Shown here piece by piece: positions 8,634 to 17,717 of a DNA stretch of 64,000 bases (its first letter is position 1; each line of letters starts with the position of its first letter). Source of the DNA: Gemmatimonadales bacterium. Lineage in GTDB: Bacteria; Gemmatimonadota; Gemmatimonadetes; Gemmatimonadales; GWC2-71-9. Made by a program: the position numbers and the translations under genes. The stretch lies in NCBI GenBank assembly GCA_046160105.1, contig JBJXGT010000036.1, positions 161,072 to 225,071 of the forward strand, in the 5' to 3' direction. The notes beneath the pieces were generated by a model. That model did no database searches, was not told the DNA's origin, and saw only the letters and a program-made list of their open reading frames with translations.

Positions 8634-11324
8634 ATGTCGCTGCGGCTGCGAGTCTTTCATTGGCTGACCGCCGTGTTCCGCGGGCGAACGGCGGATCGCG
8701 AGCTCCATGACGAAATGGCCTTTCACCTCGACCAGCAGGCCCGGCAGTTGGAGGCCGCGGGGCTCACGCCAGCCGAGGCCCGCCGTCAGGCCCGGCTCAA
8801 GTTCGGCAGTGTCGACGCAACCCGGGAGGATACCCGTGACGCCCGCGGCGGTCGCTGGCTGGACGATCTTCGCCGTGACCTGTCGCACGCGTTCCGGCAG
8901 TTTCGCCGGGCGCCCGGGTTCGCGGCGGTGACCGTCGCGACGATCGGCCTCGGCACTGGGGCGGCCACCGCGATCATGAGCGTGCTGAACGGCGTCTTGA
9001 TACGGCCTGGCCCGTTCGAGGCGGCCGACCGGTTGGGAGTGCTCTGGCAGACCGACCGCCGCACCGGCACGACCCGGGAGCCGATGTCGTGGCCCGACTT
9101 CCAGGATTTTCGGGAACGGGTCCGTGGCTTGGCCGGTCTCGCGGCGATGACGAGCACCGAGATGAGCCTGGTGGACGGGGAGGGCGATCCGATCCGGCTC
9201 ACCGCCGTATTGACGACAGCCAACTACTTCGACCTGGTGGGCGTCCGGCCGTTGCTCGGCCGGGCCTACACGACCGCCGACGATCAGTCCACGCCGCCGC
9301 GGGTAGCGCTCATCAGCGAGGGCCTCTGGCGCCGCCGATTCGGGGCCGACCGCGCGGTGCTCGGCCAGACCATTCGGCTCGACGACGGGACCGTGACGGT
9401 GATCGGGGTCTTGCCCGCGGGCACCGACTTCGGGCTCGATCAAATCAACGCCCGCGCGGCCTATCACGCGACCTACTCGGGGGCCGGCGAGGTCGACGTC
9501 TGGGCCCCGCTCGAGGCGACTGCCCGTGAGATGCCTCGCGACACCCATCCGATCTTGGTGCTGGCCCGGCTGGCCCCGACCGCGACCTTCGCCTCGGCGG
9601 GGGCCGAGGTCGCCGCGATCGCCGCCGATCTCGAGGCGGCCTATCCCCGCAGTAACGCCGCGCGGGGGATCAATCTCGAGGCCCTCGACCATGTCGTCTT
9701 CGGCCCGATTCGGCCGGTGCTGACCTTGTTGGTCATTGCCGTGGCCCTCGTCCTGGTGGTGGCGTGCGTCAACGTCGCCAACCTGCTCCTGGCGCGGGGG
9801 GCGGCCCGGGCTCGGGAAGTTGCCGTGCGTACGGCGTTAGGCGCCGCCGGGGCTCGCCTCGGGCGGCAGTTCGCGGTCGAGAGCATGGTGCTGGCGGTCG
9901 CGGGCGGCGGATTCGGGGTCCTGGTCGCGTGGGTGGGCCTTGGCGCGCTGCTCCGGCTCGCCCCGGCGGATCTCCCCCAGCTCGGCCAGGTCCGACTCGA
10001 TGCCGCCGTGCTCGGGGCGAGCCTCGCCTTGGCGACGGTGATCGGGATCGGCTTCGGGCTGGTGCCGAGCTGGCAAGCCAGGCGGGTCGACCCGATCAGC
10101 GTGATGCGCAACGAAAGCCGAACCGCCACGGGCGGGCATAGCCGCCTCCGGCGGGGATTGGTGGTGCTGGAGCTGGGCCTTTCGGTGACCCTGGTCATCA
10201 CCGCCGCTCTCCTGGTGCGGAGCTTCGCCGGGATCCTCTCGACCGGCCCCGGATTCGAGACGGCCGGCTTGCTCAAGGCGCAATATCAACTGCCCGCCGG
10301 GCGGTATCCTCGTGACTACCGGGTCTTTCCGAATTGGACCGAGATCCAGCGGTTTCAGCGGGAGCTGCTGCAGGAGGCGCGGCGCCTCCCGGGGGCGACC
10401 GCGGTCGCCCTGGCCAACGCCCATCCGCTCGACGCGGGGTTCACCAATTCGTTCACGATCGTGGGCCGCGAGGCCGAGTCGGCCGACTGGCCCGAGATAT
10501 CGGTCCGGTCGGTGAGCGCCGAGTATCCGGCCACGGTGGGTCTGGTGATTCGCGACGGGCGGGGCTTCGCGGATACCGACGAGGCCGGTGCCGCGCCGGT
10601 GGCCCTCATCAACGAGGCGGCCGTCCAACGGTTCTTTCCCAACTCCTCGCCGCTCGGCCAGCAGATTCGGTTCTGGGGGATTCCCCGGCAGATCGTCGGG
10701 GTCGTCTCCGACGAGCGGATTCACGGGGTGACCGAAGTGGTGCCGCCCGCGGTGTACACCAATCTGGTCCAGACACCGTCGTCATCCGGGGTGCTGGTGC
10801 TCCGGACGTCCGGGGAACCGACCGCGCTGACCACCGCGGTGCGGGAGCTGTTCCGCCGTCAGGATCCCGCCCTCGCGGTCTACGGCATCGAACCGCTCAC
10901 CTCGACCTTGCTCGGCTCGGTCGCGACTCGGCGGTTCGCCATGCTGGTGGTGGGGGCGTTCGCGCTGGTCACGATGGTCCTCGCGTTGATCGGCATTCAC
11001 GGGGTGCTGAGCTTCCTGGCGGCGACCCGGACCCGGGAGATCGGGATCCGGGTGGCGTTAGGCGCCTCCGGGGCGAGCGTCCGCCGGCTGGTGCTGAGCG
11101 ACGGGGCGACGATGGTGGCGGCGGGGGTCGGGATCGGCGTGGTCGGCGCGATCGCGACCTCGCGGCTGGTCGCGGGGTTGCTCTACGGCGTGGCGCCGGT
11201 CGACCAGGTCACCTACCTCACCGTCGCGATCGGCATCGCGGCGGCGGCGCTCCTGGCGATGTGGCTGCCGGTCCGCTCGGCGAGCCGGGTTGCGCCGACG
11301 GAGGCGCTCCGGGCGGAAGGGTAG
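8634..11324 (+). CDS. ADOP-family duplicated ABC-type permease
   Basis: N-terminal permease prefix (ELHDEMAFHL...ARLKFG), two MacB/FtsX repeats (CVNVANLLLAR; RTREIGIRVALGA); adjacent to PadR. Confidence 0.9.
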   Translation: MSLRLRVFHWLTAVFRGRTADRELHDEMAFHLDQQARQLEAAGLTPAEARRQARLKFGSVDATREDTRDARGGRWLDDLRRDLSHAFRQFRRAPGFAAVTVATIGLGTGAATAIMSVLNGVLIRPGPFEAADRLGVLWQTDRRTGTTREPMSWPDFQDFRERVRGLAGLAAMTSTEMSLVDGEGDPIRLTAVLTTANYFDLVGVRPLLGRAYTTADDQSTPPRVALISEGLWRRRFGADRAVLGQTIRLDDGTVTVIGVLPAGTDFGLDQINARAAYHATYSGAGEVDVWAPLEATAREMPRDTHPILVLARLAPTATFASAGAEVAAIAADLEAAYPRSNAARGINLEALDHVVFGPIRPVLTLLVIAVALVLVVACVNVANLLLARGAARAREVAVRTALGAAGARLGRQFAVESMVLAVAGGGFGVLVAWVGLGALLRLAPADLPQLGQVRLDAAVLGASLALATVIGIGFGLVPSWQARRVDPISVMRNESRTATGGHSRLRRGLVVLELGLSVTLVITAALLVRSFAGILSTGPGFETAGLLKAQYQLPAGRYPRDYRVFPNWTEIQRFQRELLQEARRLPGATAVALANAHPLDAGFTNSFTIVGREAESADWPEISVRSVSAEYPATVGLVIRDGRGFADTDEAGAAPVALINEAAVQRFFPNSSPLGQQIRFWGIPRQIVGVVSDERIHGVTEVVPPAVYTNLVQTPSSSGVLVLRTSGEPTALTTAVRELFRRQDPALAVYGIEPLTSTLLGSVATRRFAMLVVGAFALVTMVLALIGIHGVLSFLAATRTREIGIRVALGASGASVRRLVLSDGATMVAAGVGIGVVGAIATSRLVAGLLYGVAPVDQVTYLTVAIGIAAAALLAMWLPVRSASRVAPTEALRAEG

Positions 11325-11331
11325 GGACGCG

Positions 11332-11555
11332 AGACTCAGGACTCCAGACTCAAGACTCCAGACTCAAGACTCAAGACTCAAGACTCCAGACTCAAGACTC
11401 CAGACTCCAGAGGGCAGTCTTGAGTCCTGAGTCTTGAGTCTTGAGTCCTGAGTCTTGAGTCCTGAGTCCTGAGTCCTGAGTCTTGAGTCTTGAGTCTTGA
11501 GTCCTGAGTCTTGAGTCCTGAGTCTTGAGTCCTGAGTCTTGAGTCTCGAGTCCTG
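11332..11555. repeat. Inverted pair of heptamer tandem arrays: about 11 x (A/G)GACTC(A/C), 5-nt spacer, about 20 x the reverse complement
   Basis: Directly visible; fills the gap between two convergent genes. Confidence 0.95.
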
Positions 11556-11556
11556 C

Positions 11557-12780
11557 TCACCGTCCCTCCGCTCCGGCACCAAGCGCCGCGAAGAACGTCC
11601 CATACCCACTGAACCGACCGTCGCTCACCAGGATCTTCCCCGACATCACCGCGCCAACCACCGGCACGGTCCCGTCTAGAACACCGAGCAGGTCCGCGGC
11701 GGTCGCGGTGATGTAGGCGCTCGGGTCGCGGATCTCGCCGGGCCCGGAGGTGACGGTGCCGCCGTCGATCTTGACCCACCAGGGGCCGCCGCCGTCGCCG
11801 CGAAGCAGGAACTGGTAGCTCGAGAGGAGGCCGGGCGTCGACGTCCCCGCCAATCGGCGCGGCACCGATTCGAAGAACGCGGCGACGGGACCGCTGGCGG
11901 CCGGGGCCGGGAACGGCCGGGTGTAGGCCTTCGAGGTCGGGTTCTTGGCGTCGCGCATGCCGAGGATGGTCCGCGCTTGGGCGGCGGTGGCCACCGGTCG
12001 GTTCAGTTCACCGCAGAGGCGGACCACCCGGGCCACCATCTGGGCGTTCGACTTTCCCTTCTCGCCGCGACGGTAGTAGATGTTGTCCTCGAACCCGGTT
12101 CGGACGTGGCCGCCCATGATGATGCCGAGGGCGTTCATCGGGAGCTGGTCCTTGGCGGCGCCCACCGACATCCAATGGCTGTTAGGCGGCAACTCCTTGA
12201 GCACCTCGAGAATGAGTCCGGCGCGCGGCGGCGTGGTGCCGTTGGGCAGGGTCACCAGCTGAAAGAAGTACGGGGGCTCGAAATATCCCTCGGCGATCAT
12301 CCGCTTGATGTTGCCGATGTGGCCGGTGTCGAAGCACTCGAACTCGGGCCGCACCTGATGGCGCCAGAACTCCATCGCGATCCGCCGCATGAAGGTCGGC
12401 GAGTTCTCGAAGACGAAGACATCGCCGAAGTTGAGGCTGCCGCTGTTGAAGGTCGCCAGCTCGGGGCCACACTGCACCGGCTCGAAGCGGTGCTCCGCGG
12501 TCATTCCCTCGAGCCGGCTGGTGGTGAAGTTCAGGTTCAGGTCGGATTCGGCCCGGACCCGGTCGCGGATCTCCTCGTACCACGCCTTGTCGTGCCCCGG
12601 GGTGCCGTCCGGCTTGCGGACGTGAATGTGGCAGATCGCCGCGCCCTCTTTCCAGCAGTCGATCGCCGCCGTGGCGATCTCCGGCGGGCTGCAGGGCAAC
12701 CAAGGCAACTGCTCTTTCCTGGCGAACCCGCCGGTGAGCGCGGCCGTGATGACGCAGGGCGTATCAGTTTCGAACTTCAT
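11557..12780 (-). CDS. BKACE (3-keto-5-aminohexanoate cleavage enzyme family) fused to a C-terminal SCP2-like domain
   Basis: ITAALTGG, HIHVR Zn site, PEFECFD, RTGFEDN; C-terminal YQFLLRGDGGGPWWVKIDGG...AVMSGKILVS typical of SCP2. Confidence 0.85.
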   Translation of the reverse strand: MKFETDTPCVITAALTGGFARKEQLPWLPCSPPEIATAAIDCWKEGAAICHIHVRKPDGTPGHDKAWYEEIRDRVRAESDLNLNFTTSRLEGMTAEHRFEPVQCGPELATFNSGSLNFGDVFVFENSPTFMRRIAMEFWRHQVRPEFECFDTGHIGNIKRMIAEGYFEPPYFFQLVTLPNGTTPPRAGLILEVLKELPPNSHWMSVGAAKDQLPMNALGIIMGGHVRTGFEDNIYYRRGEKGKSNAQMVARVVRLCGELNRPVATAAQARTILGMRDAKNPTSKAYTRPFPAPAASGPVAAFFESVPRRLAGTSTPGLLSSYQFLLRGDGGGPWWVKIDGGTVTSGPGEIRDPSAYITATAADLLGVLDGTVPVVGAVMSGKILVSDGRFSGYGTFFAALGAGAEGR

Positions 12781-12794
12781 CGAGCGATCTCGGG

Positions 12795-13967
12795 TTAGTA
12801 GTGAATCCTGCGATATAAGAGGGCCAGCACGACGAGGTTGATCCACCCGGCGACGACCACGACCATGAGCCCGCTGTCGTAGCTCCCGGTGACCTCGACC
12901 ACCTTGCCGATCAGCGCGGTTCCACCGGCGCCGCCGGCGATGATCGACATCCCGTTGTAGAGCCCGGTGGCCGCCCCGACCCGTTCCGGGGGCAGAATCC
13001 GCTGGACGAAGGCGAATTCCGCGGTCTGGTAGGCGTTCTGGAAGAAGACCGACACGGACAGGAAGATGATCACCAGGAGCACGTTAGGCGCATTGGCGCC
13101 GAAATACACCCCGGTTCCCGCGATGCCGCACCCGATGCTGGCGAGCAGCGCCCGCTTGTTGGTCCGGTCGCCGACCACCGCCCAGAACGGGATCGCCAGC
13201 GCCCCGACCCAGAACGGTGCCGCCGTGTCCGCCGCGAGGTCGGCGAACGGTACTTGCCGGCCCTTGGCGAGGTAGGTGGGCAGCCAGGTGAGCAGCCCGT
13301 AGATGATGATGTTGCTGAGAATCCCCGCGATCAGCACCAGCCAGTAGTCGAACCGTCGGAACACCGCCAGGACCGAACCGGCCGGCGGGCCCTCGCCGCC
13401 ATGGACGTACGGGCCATCGTCCCGAAGCACCGCTACCACGGCCGGGAGCGCGACCACCAGGCCGAATCCGCCCAAGAAGAGGAACATCGTCCGCCACCCG
13501 AAGTAGGTGATCAACGGGACCATCAGAAGCGGTCCCGCCACGATCGCCACCTGCACGCCCATGATGTAGATCCCGTTGGCCCGGGACCGCTCGCCGAGTG
13601 GAAACCACCGGCTGACGATCGCGCTCGCCATCGGGAAGTGAATCCCCTCGGCGACGCCGAGGAGGAACCGGAGGGCAAGCAGGGCGAAGACGGTGGAACC
13701 GAGCGGGGCGTTGAGCGCGGTACAGATCGAGAACGCGACCACCGCGATGCCCAGGCTCTTCCGAGGCCCGAACCGCTCCGCCAACGGGCTCAGCAGCAAG
13801 TTCGCGAGGCCGTAGCCGATGAAGAAGATCGAGATCAACCGGCCCCCGTTGGCGCCGATCTCGGCGGTTGTCCAGCCGCGCTCTTCGGCGATCTTCGGTA
13901 ACGCCAGGGACATGGCCGAGCGGTCGAACCAGTTGATCATGGTGACGACCAGCAGCGCCAGCGGCAT
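12795..13967 (-). CDS. MFS transporter (ACS-like)
   Basis: INWFDRSAMS, LRFLLGVAEG, WFPLGERSRA; true start may be up to about 55 nt further upstream (CTG). Confidence 0.88.
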   Translation of the reverse strand: MPLALLVVTMINWFDRSAMSLALPKIAEERGWTTAEIGANGGRLISIFFIGYGLANLLLSPLAERFGPRKSLGIAVVAFSICTALNAPLGSTVFALLALRFLLGVAEGIHFPMASAIVSRWFPLGERSRANGIYIMGVQVAIVAGPLLMVPLITYFGWRTMFLFLGGFGLVVALPAVVAVLRDDGPYVHGGEGPPAGSVLAVFRRFDYWLVLIAGILSNIIIYGLLTWLPTYLAKGRQVPFADLAADTAAPFWVGALAIPFWAVVGDRTNKRALLASIGCGIAGTGVYFGANAPNVLLVIIFLSVSVFFQNAYQTAEFAFVQRILPPERVGAATGLYNGMSIIAGGAGGTALIGKVVEVTGSYDSGLMVVVVAGWINLVVLALLYRRIHY

Positions 13968-14230
13968 CCGCCACCGGAGCGGAGACAGGGACGGAGCGGG
14001 AACGCCTGGACTCGGTTGACTCAGAGGGTCCTCGCTTGTGCGTGGGGGTTGCTGGCGCCCCGGGCGCCAACCCAGCCGTCAATGGTGCCGCTGATTCGGT
14101 CGCCCGTCCAGGTGGGGCCGGGCCGCACCGCGCCCAGCTCGACGCGATTCGGTGACGCCGCGATGGTTCGGGTCAACCCAACAGGCGCGCCTGCGTTGCG
14201 GGGCAGGCCGGCTCCGGAGGCCGTACGGTG

Positions 14231-15289
14231 TCAGATGGCGCGAGCGATTGCCGCGCCGAGGTCCCGGGTGGTTGCCCGCCCGCCGAGGTCGGGCGTCTTC
14301 GGCCCATCCCCACCGAGCACGGTTTCGATGGCCCGGACCACTAGGTCATGGGCTTCCCGCTGGCCGAGGTGTTCGAGCATCATCGCCCCGGCCCAGATCT
14401 GACCGATGGGATTCGCGATCCCTTTGCCGGCGATGTCCGGCGCCGACCCGTGCACCGGCTCGAACATCGACGGGTAGCGCCGTTCCGGATTGAGGTTGGC
14501 CGACGGTGCAATCCCGATGCTGCCGCAGACCGCGGGACCCAGATCCGAGAGGATGTCGCCGAAGAGGTTCGACCCGACCACCACGTCGAACCACTCCGGG
14601 TGAGCGACGAACTGGGCGCAGAGGATGTCGATGTGGAATTTGTCATGGGCAATGTGCGGATACCGCTTGGCCACCTCGGCGAATCGCTCATCCCAGTACG
14701 GCATGGTGATGGCGATCCCATTCGACTTGGTGGCCGAGGTCACCTTGAGGCGCCCCTGCTGCTCGGCCAGCTTGAACGCGTAGTCGATGATCCGATCCAC
14801 CCCGTGCCGGGTGAACACCGACTCCTGAATCACGGTCTCCCGGTCGGTGCCTTCGAACATCCGGCCACCCACCGTCGAGTATTCCCCCTCGACGTTTTCC
14901 CGGACGATCCAGAAATCGATCTCCCGGCCCTCGGCGTTGGCGAGCGGCGACTTGAGCCCCGGCATGATCCGACAGGGCCGGATGTTGGCGTACTGATCGA
15001 AGGCCCGCCGGATCGGGATCAAGAGACCCCACAGCGAAACGTGATCGGGAACGCCGGGGTAGCCCACCGCCCCAAGGTAGATCGCGTCGAACTCCCGGAG
15101 CCGATCGAGCCCGTCGGCGGGCATCATCCGTCCGGTGCGGTGATAGGTCTCGCAGCTCCAGTCGAACTCGGTCCATTGGAACTCGATGCCGGTCTTCCGG
15201 CCGACCGCCTCGAGGACGCGGACCCCTTCGGGAACCACCTCCTTGCCGATACCATCGCCCGGGATCAGGGCGATTCGGTAGTTCGTCAT
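14231..15289 (-). CDS. ttuC: Tartrate/D-malate dehydrogenase (decarboxylating)
   Basis: IPGDGIGKEV, VPDHVSLWGLLIPIRR, ATKSNG, SNLFGDILSD, EPVHGSAPDI. Confidence 0.88.
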   Translation of the reverse strand: MTNYRIALIPGDGIGKEVVPEGVRVLEAVGRKTGIEFQWTEFDWSCETYHRTGRMMPADGLDRLREFDAIYLGAVGYPGVPDHVSLWGLLIPIRRAFDQYANIRPCRIMPGLKSPLANAEGREIDFWIVRENVEGEYSTVGGRMFEGTDRETVIQESVFTRHGVDRIIDYAFKLAEQQGRLKVTSATKSNGIAITMPYWDERFAEVAKRYPHIAHDKFHIDILCAQFVAHPEWFDVVVGSNLFGDILSDLGPAVCGSIGIAPSANLNPERRYPSMFEPVHGSAPDIAGKGIANPIGQIWAGAMMLEHLGQREAHDLVVRAIETVLGGDGPKTPDLGGRATTRDLGAAIARAI

Positions 15290-16086
15290 CCGGTCACGGA
15301 CTCGCGGAAACGGGGGAGCCACCCCAGGGTCTCGGCGGTGGCGCGAGCCGGAAAGTACTCGGCGCCGGCAAACCCGCGGTAGCCGTGGGTTCGGAGGTGG
15401 GTCAGGATCCGTGGGAAGTCCACGGTGCCCGTGCCAGGCTCCTGGCGGCCGGGCGCGTCGGCGAACTGGATGTGCCGGATCAGGCCGTGGTGCCGCTGGT
15501 AGGTCTCCACCAGATCCAGCCCGTTCAAGGTGGCGTGGTAGAGATCGTACTGAATGCCGATCGATCCACCCACCTCACCGATCAGGTCGGCCGCTTGATC
15601 GAGGCTCGACAGCAGAATGGTGGGCGTCTCGACGGTGTTGAGGGGTTCGATCACCAAGGCGGCGGGGTGGCCGGCCGCCCGTTCGACGGCGAATCGGAGG
15701 TTGTTGCGGTACACGTCGAGGCAGGCCTCTCGGGTCTGACCCTCGGGGATTCGGGAAGGTCCGAGGTGAATCAACCGGGCGCCGAGCAGGGTCGCGGCAT
15801 CGAGCGTCGCGGCGAACGCGTCCCGGAAGGCCGCCTCGCGTCCCGGTACCCCCGACAGGGCTGGCCCGCCGGCGCGGAAGTCGGCGAGGTGGACGTTGAC
15901 CAGGAGCACGGGAATTTCCGCCGCCCTGGCGCTCGCAGCCATGGCCGCGGGGTCCCCTTCGTCGATCACCTGGATCTCGACCGCCTCGAACCCGGCCGCC
16001 CGGGCGGCCGCGAACCGGTCGAGCAGCGGCAGCTCGCGAAACATCAGCGAGACGCTGGTGCTGAACCGGATCGGCGCTTCAGGCAT
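15286..16086 (-). CDS. Hydroxypyruvate isomerase family TIM-barrel protein
   Basis: LMFRELPLLDRFAAA, IEPLN, YDLYH, QFADAPGRQEPGTG. Confidence 0.85.
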   Translation of the reverse strand: MPEAPIRFSTSVSLMFRELPLLDRFAAARAAGFEAVEIQVIDEGDPAAMAASARAAEIPVLLVNVHLADFRAGGPALSGVPGREAAFRDAFAATLDAATLLGARLIHLGPSRIPEGQTREACLDVYRNNLRFAVERAAGHPAALVIEPLNTVETPTILLSSLDQAADLIGEVGGSIGIQYDLYHATLNGLDLVETYQRHHGLIRHIQFADAPGRQEPGTGTVDFPRILTHLRTHGYRGFAGAEYFPARATAETLGWLPRFRESVTG

Positions 16087-17383
16087 GCAGCTTGACCAGC
16101 GCCCGACGAACCGCCTCGATGGCGAAATCGATGTCGTCGTTGGTCATCGGCGTCGATCCGATGAACCCGCCCCGCATCGTGATCACCCCCTCGGCGAGGA
16201 GCAGCTTCTGGAAGGCCTGCATCTTCTCGCCGAGTCCGTCCGCCATGATGGCGGCCACCTCACGGTAGTTGCGCATCGGCCGGTCGGTCATCAACAGGCT
16301 CGCGAACGATGCCCGACCTTCGACTCGGCCGGTGATCCGAAGGTCGCGAAGGACCCGCTCCAACCCATCGCGGAGCCGCTGTCCCTTGGCCGCGAGGTCG
16401 TCGAAGGCGGCGGGCGTGAGCAGGCTCATCCCGGTGTAGCCGGCGGCCGTCGAGAGCGGATTGGCCGTGAAGGTGCCACTCTGCTTGACCTTGGGCTCCC
16501 CCCGCTCGATCTCGAACACCGACATCAGCTGGTGAGATCCGCCGACCGCGCCGATCGGCATGCCGCCGCCGACGATCTTGCCCATCGTGGTCATGTCGGG
16601 CGTGATGCCGAGCGCGCCCTGGGTGCCGTGGTAGCTGGTCCGGAGACAGAAGACCTCGTCGAAGATCAGGACGATTCCGAGTTGCGCCGTTTCCTCGCGG
16701 AGCATGGCGAGATAGTCGAGCCTGGGCTCGACCAGCCCGAGCTGGAGTCGGTAGGGGTCGATGATCACGGCGGCGAGATTCCCGGCCTCGGCTCGGAGGC
16801 GGGCTCGACTGTTCTCGAGGTCGTTGACCGGGAGGAGAATCAGCTCGTCGAGGAGGCTCTGCGGGGTGCCGACGCTGTGGGCGACCGGGGTGGGGCGGGC
16901 TGGGTCGCCCCACTCGGCGGGGCTCGGTTGGAAGCTCGCCTCGATCAGGTCGAACTGGCCGTGGTAGCCGCCCTCCATCTTGGCGACCTTCGACCGCCCC
17001 GTGTTGGCGCGGGCCACCTTCACCGCCAGCATCACCGCCTCGGTCCCGGTGTTCATGAACCGGACCTTCTCGACGCTGGGAATCCGCTCGACCAACAGCT
17101 CGGCGAGCTTGACCTCCCACTCGGTGGGCAGGATCGCGGAGAGGAGCCGGCCGGCTTGCTCGGCGATGAGCTGGGTGATCGCAGGATGGGCGTGGCCGTG
17201 AATCAGGGCGGCGAAGTTGTTGATGAAGTCGATCTTCCGGTTGCCATCGACGTCGGTGATCCAGCAGCCGGCCCCCGCCGCGGCGTATTGCGGGTGGGGC
17301 TTGGTGACCGCCAGGTGGCGGGTGTAGCCCGACGGCAGGACGGCCTGGGCGCGGGTGAAGATCGTTTCCGAGCGAGAGGTCAT
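16079..17383 (-). CDS. Class III aminotransferase (GSA-aminomutase-like)
   Basis: DVDGNRKIDF, NTGTEA, GGYHG, IFDEV, MGKIVGGG (PLP lysine), SGTFTANP. Confidence 0.88.
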   Translation of the reverse strand: MTSRSETIFTRAQAVLPSGYTRHLAVTKPHPQYAAAGAGCWITDVDGNRKIDFINNFAALIHGHAHPAITQLIAEQAGRLLSAILPTEWEVKLAELLVERIPSVEKVRFMNTGTEAVMLAVKVARANTGRSKVAKMEGGYHGQFDLIEASFQPSPAEWGDPARPTPVAHSVGTPQSLLDELILLPVNDLENSRARLRAEAGNLAAVIIDPYRLQLGLVEPRLDYLAMLREETAQLGIVLIFDEVFCLRTSYHGTQGALGITPDMTTMGKIVGGGMPIGAVGGSHQLMSVFEIERGEPKVKQSGTFTANPLSTAAGYTGMSLLTPAAFDDLAAKGQRLRDGLERVLRDLRITGRVEGRASFASLLMTDRPMRNYREVAAIMADGLGEKMQAFQKLLLAEGVITMRGGFIGSTPMTNDDIDFAIEAVRRALVKLHA

Positions 17384-17445
17384 CGACGGCGCTCCCGGGT
17401 AGCGGTGGCGGCGGGCGGGGTCCCGCAATATGACCTCGGGGTCAG

Positions 17446-17660
17446 GATCGGCAAGGTGGCGGTCGGCGGAGTTTGGGCATCATGGCGTTGCTCGATCCGA
17501 CCAAGGGGGGCGCCGCGGGTGCTCTCTGGCGGTACCTTCTCGGGAACCCCCTGACCATGGTGGCCTGGCTGACCGCGATGCGCCTGTACTCGGCTGCTGA
17601 AGTTACCCGGCTCAATGCCTTGGGCGAGCGGCTCCGCGGCGAGGCGGATGCCGTGCTGGG
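17446..17660 (+). pseudogene. Frameshifted fragment of a second class III aminotransferase
   Basis: Pieces in alternating frames read IGKVAVGG / IMALLDPTKG / APRVLSGGTFSG / NPLTMVAWLTAMRLY...LNALGERLR, collinear with the adjacent intact gene. Confidence 0.7.
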
Positions 17661-17717
17661 GCGAGGTGGACGAGTTCCTGGCGTTCGCTCGCGCGGTCGC
17701 CAGGCCCGAGCGTTAGG

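Noticed and set aside
8294-11324. PadR-ADOP pair as a new system
   Set aside because: Already a recognised pairing; only the operator is reported as a finding.
11332-11555. CRISPR array
   Set aside because: 7-bp tandem units with no unique spacers, and no cas genes in the window.
11364-11779. ORFs with repeated TQDSRLK peptides
   Set aside because: Translation artefacts of a stop-free heptamer array that overlap real genes.
14040-14230. Riboswitch or ncRNA upstream of the MFS gene
   Set aside because: Only generic GC hairpins; no aptamer motif I can recognise.
16079-17383. hemL assignment
   Set aside because: N-terminal motif (SGYTRH, NNFAALIHGH) departs from the HemL GVNSPVR pattern and the context is catabolic.
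15896-17554. 552-aa + strand ORF
   Set aside because: Antisense shadow of the aminotransferase; only its last ~35 codons belong to the pseudogene fragment.
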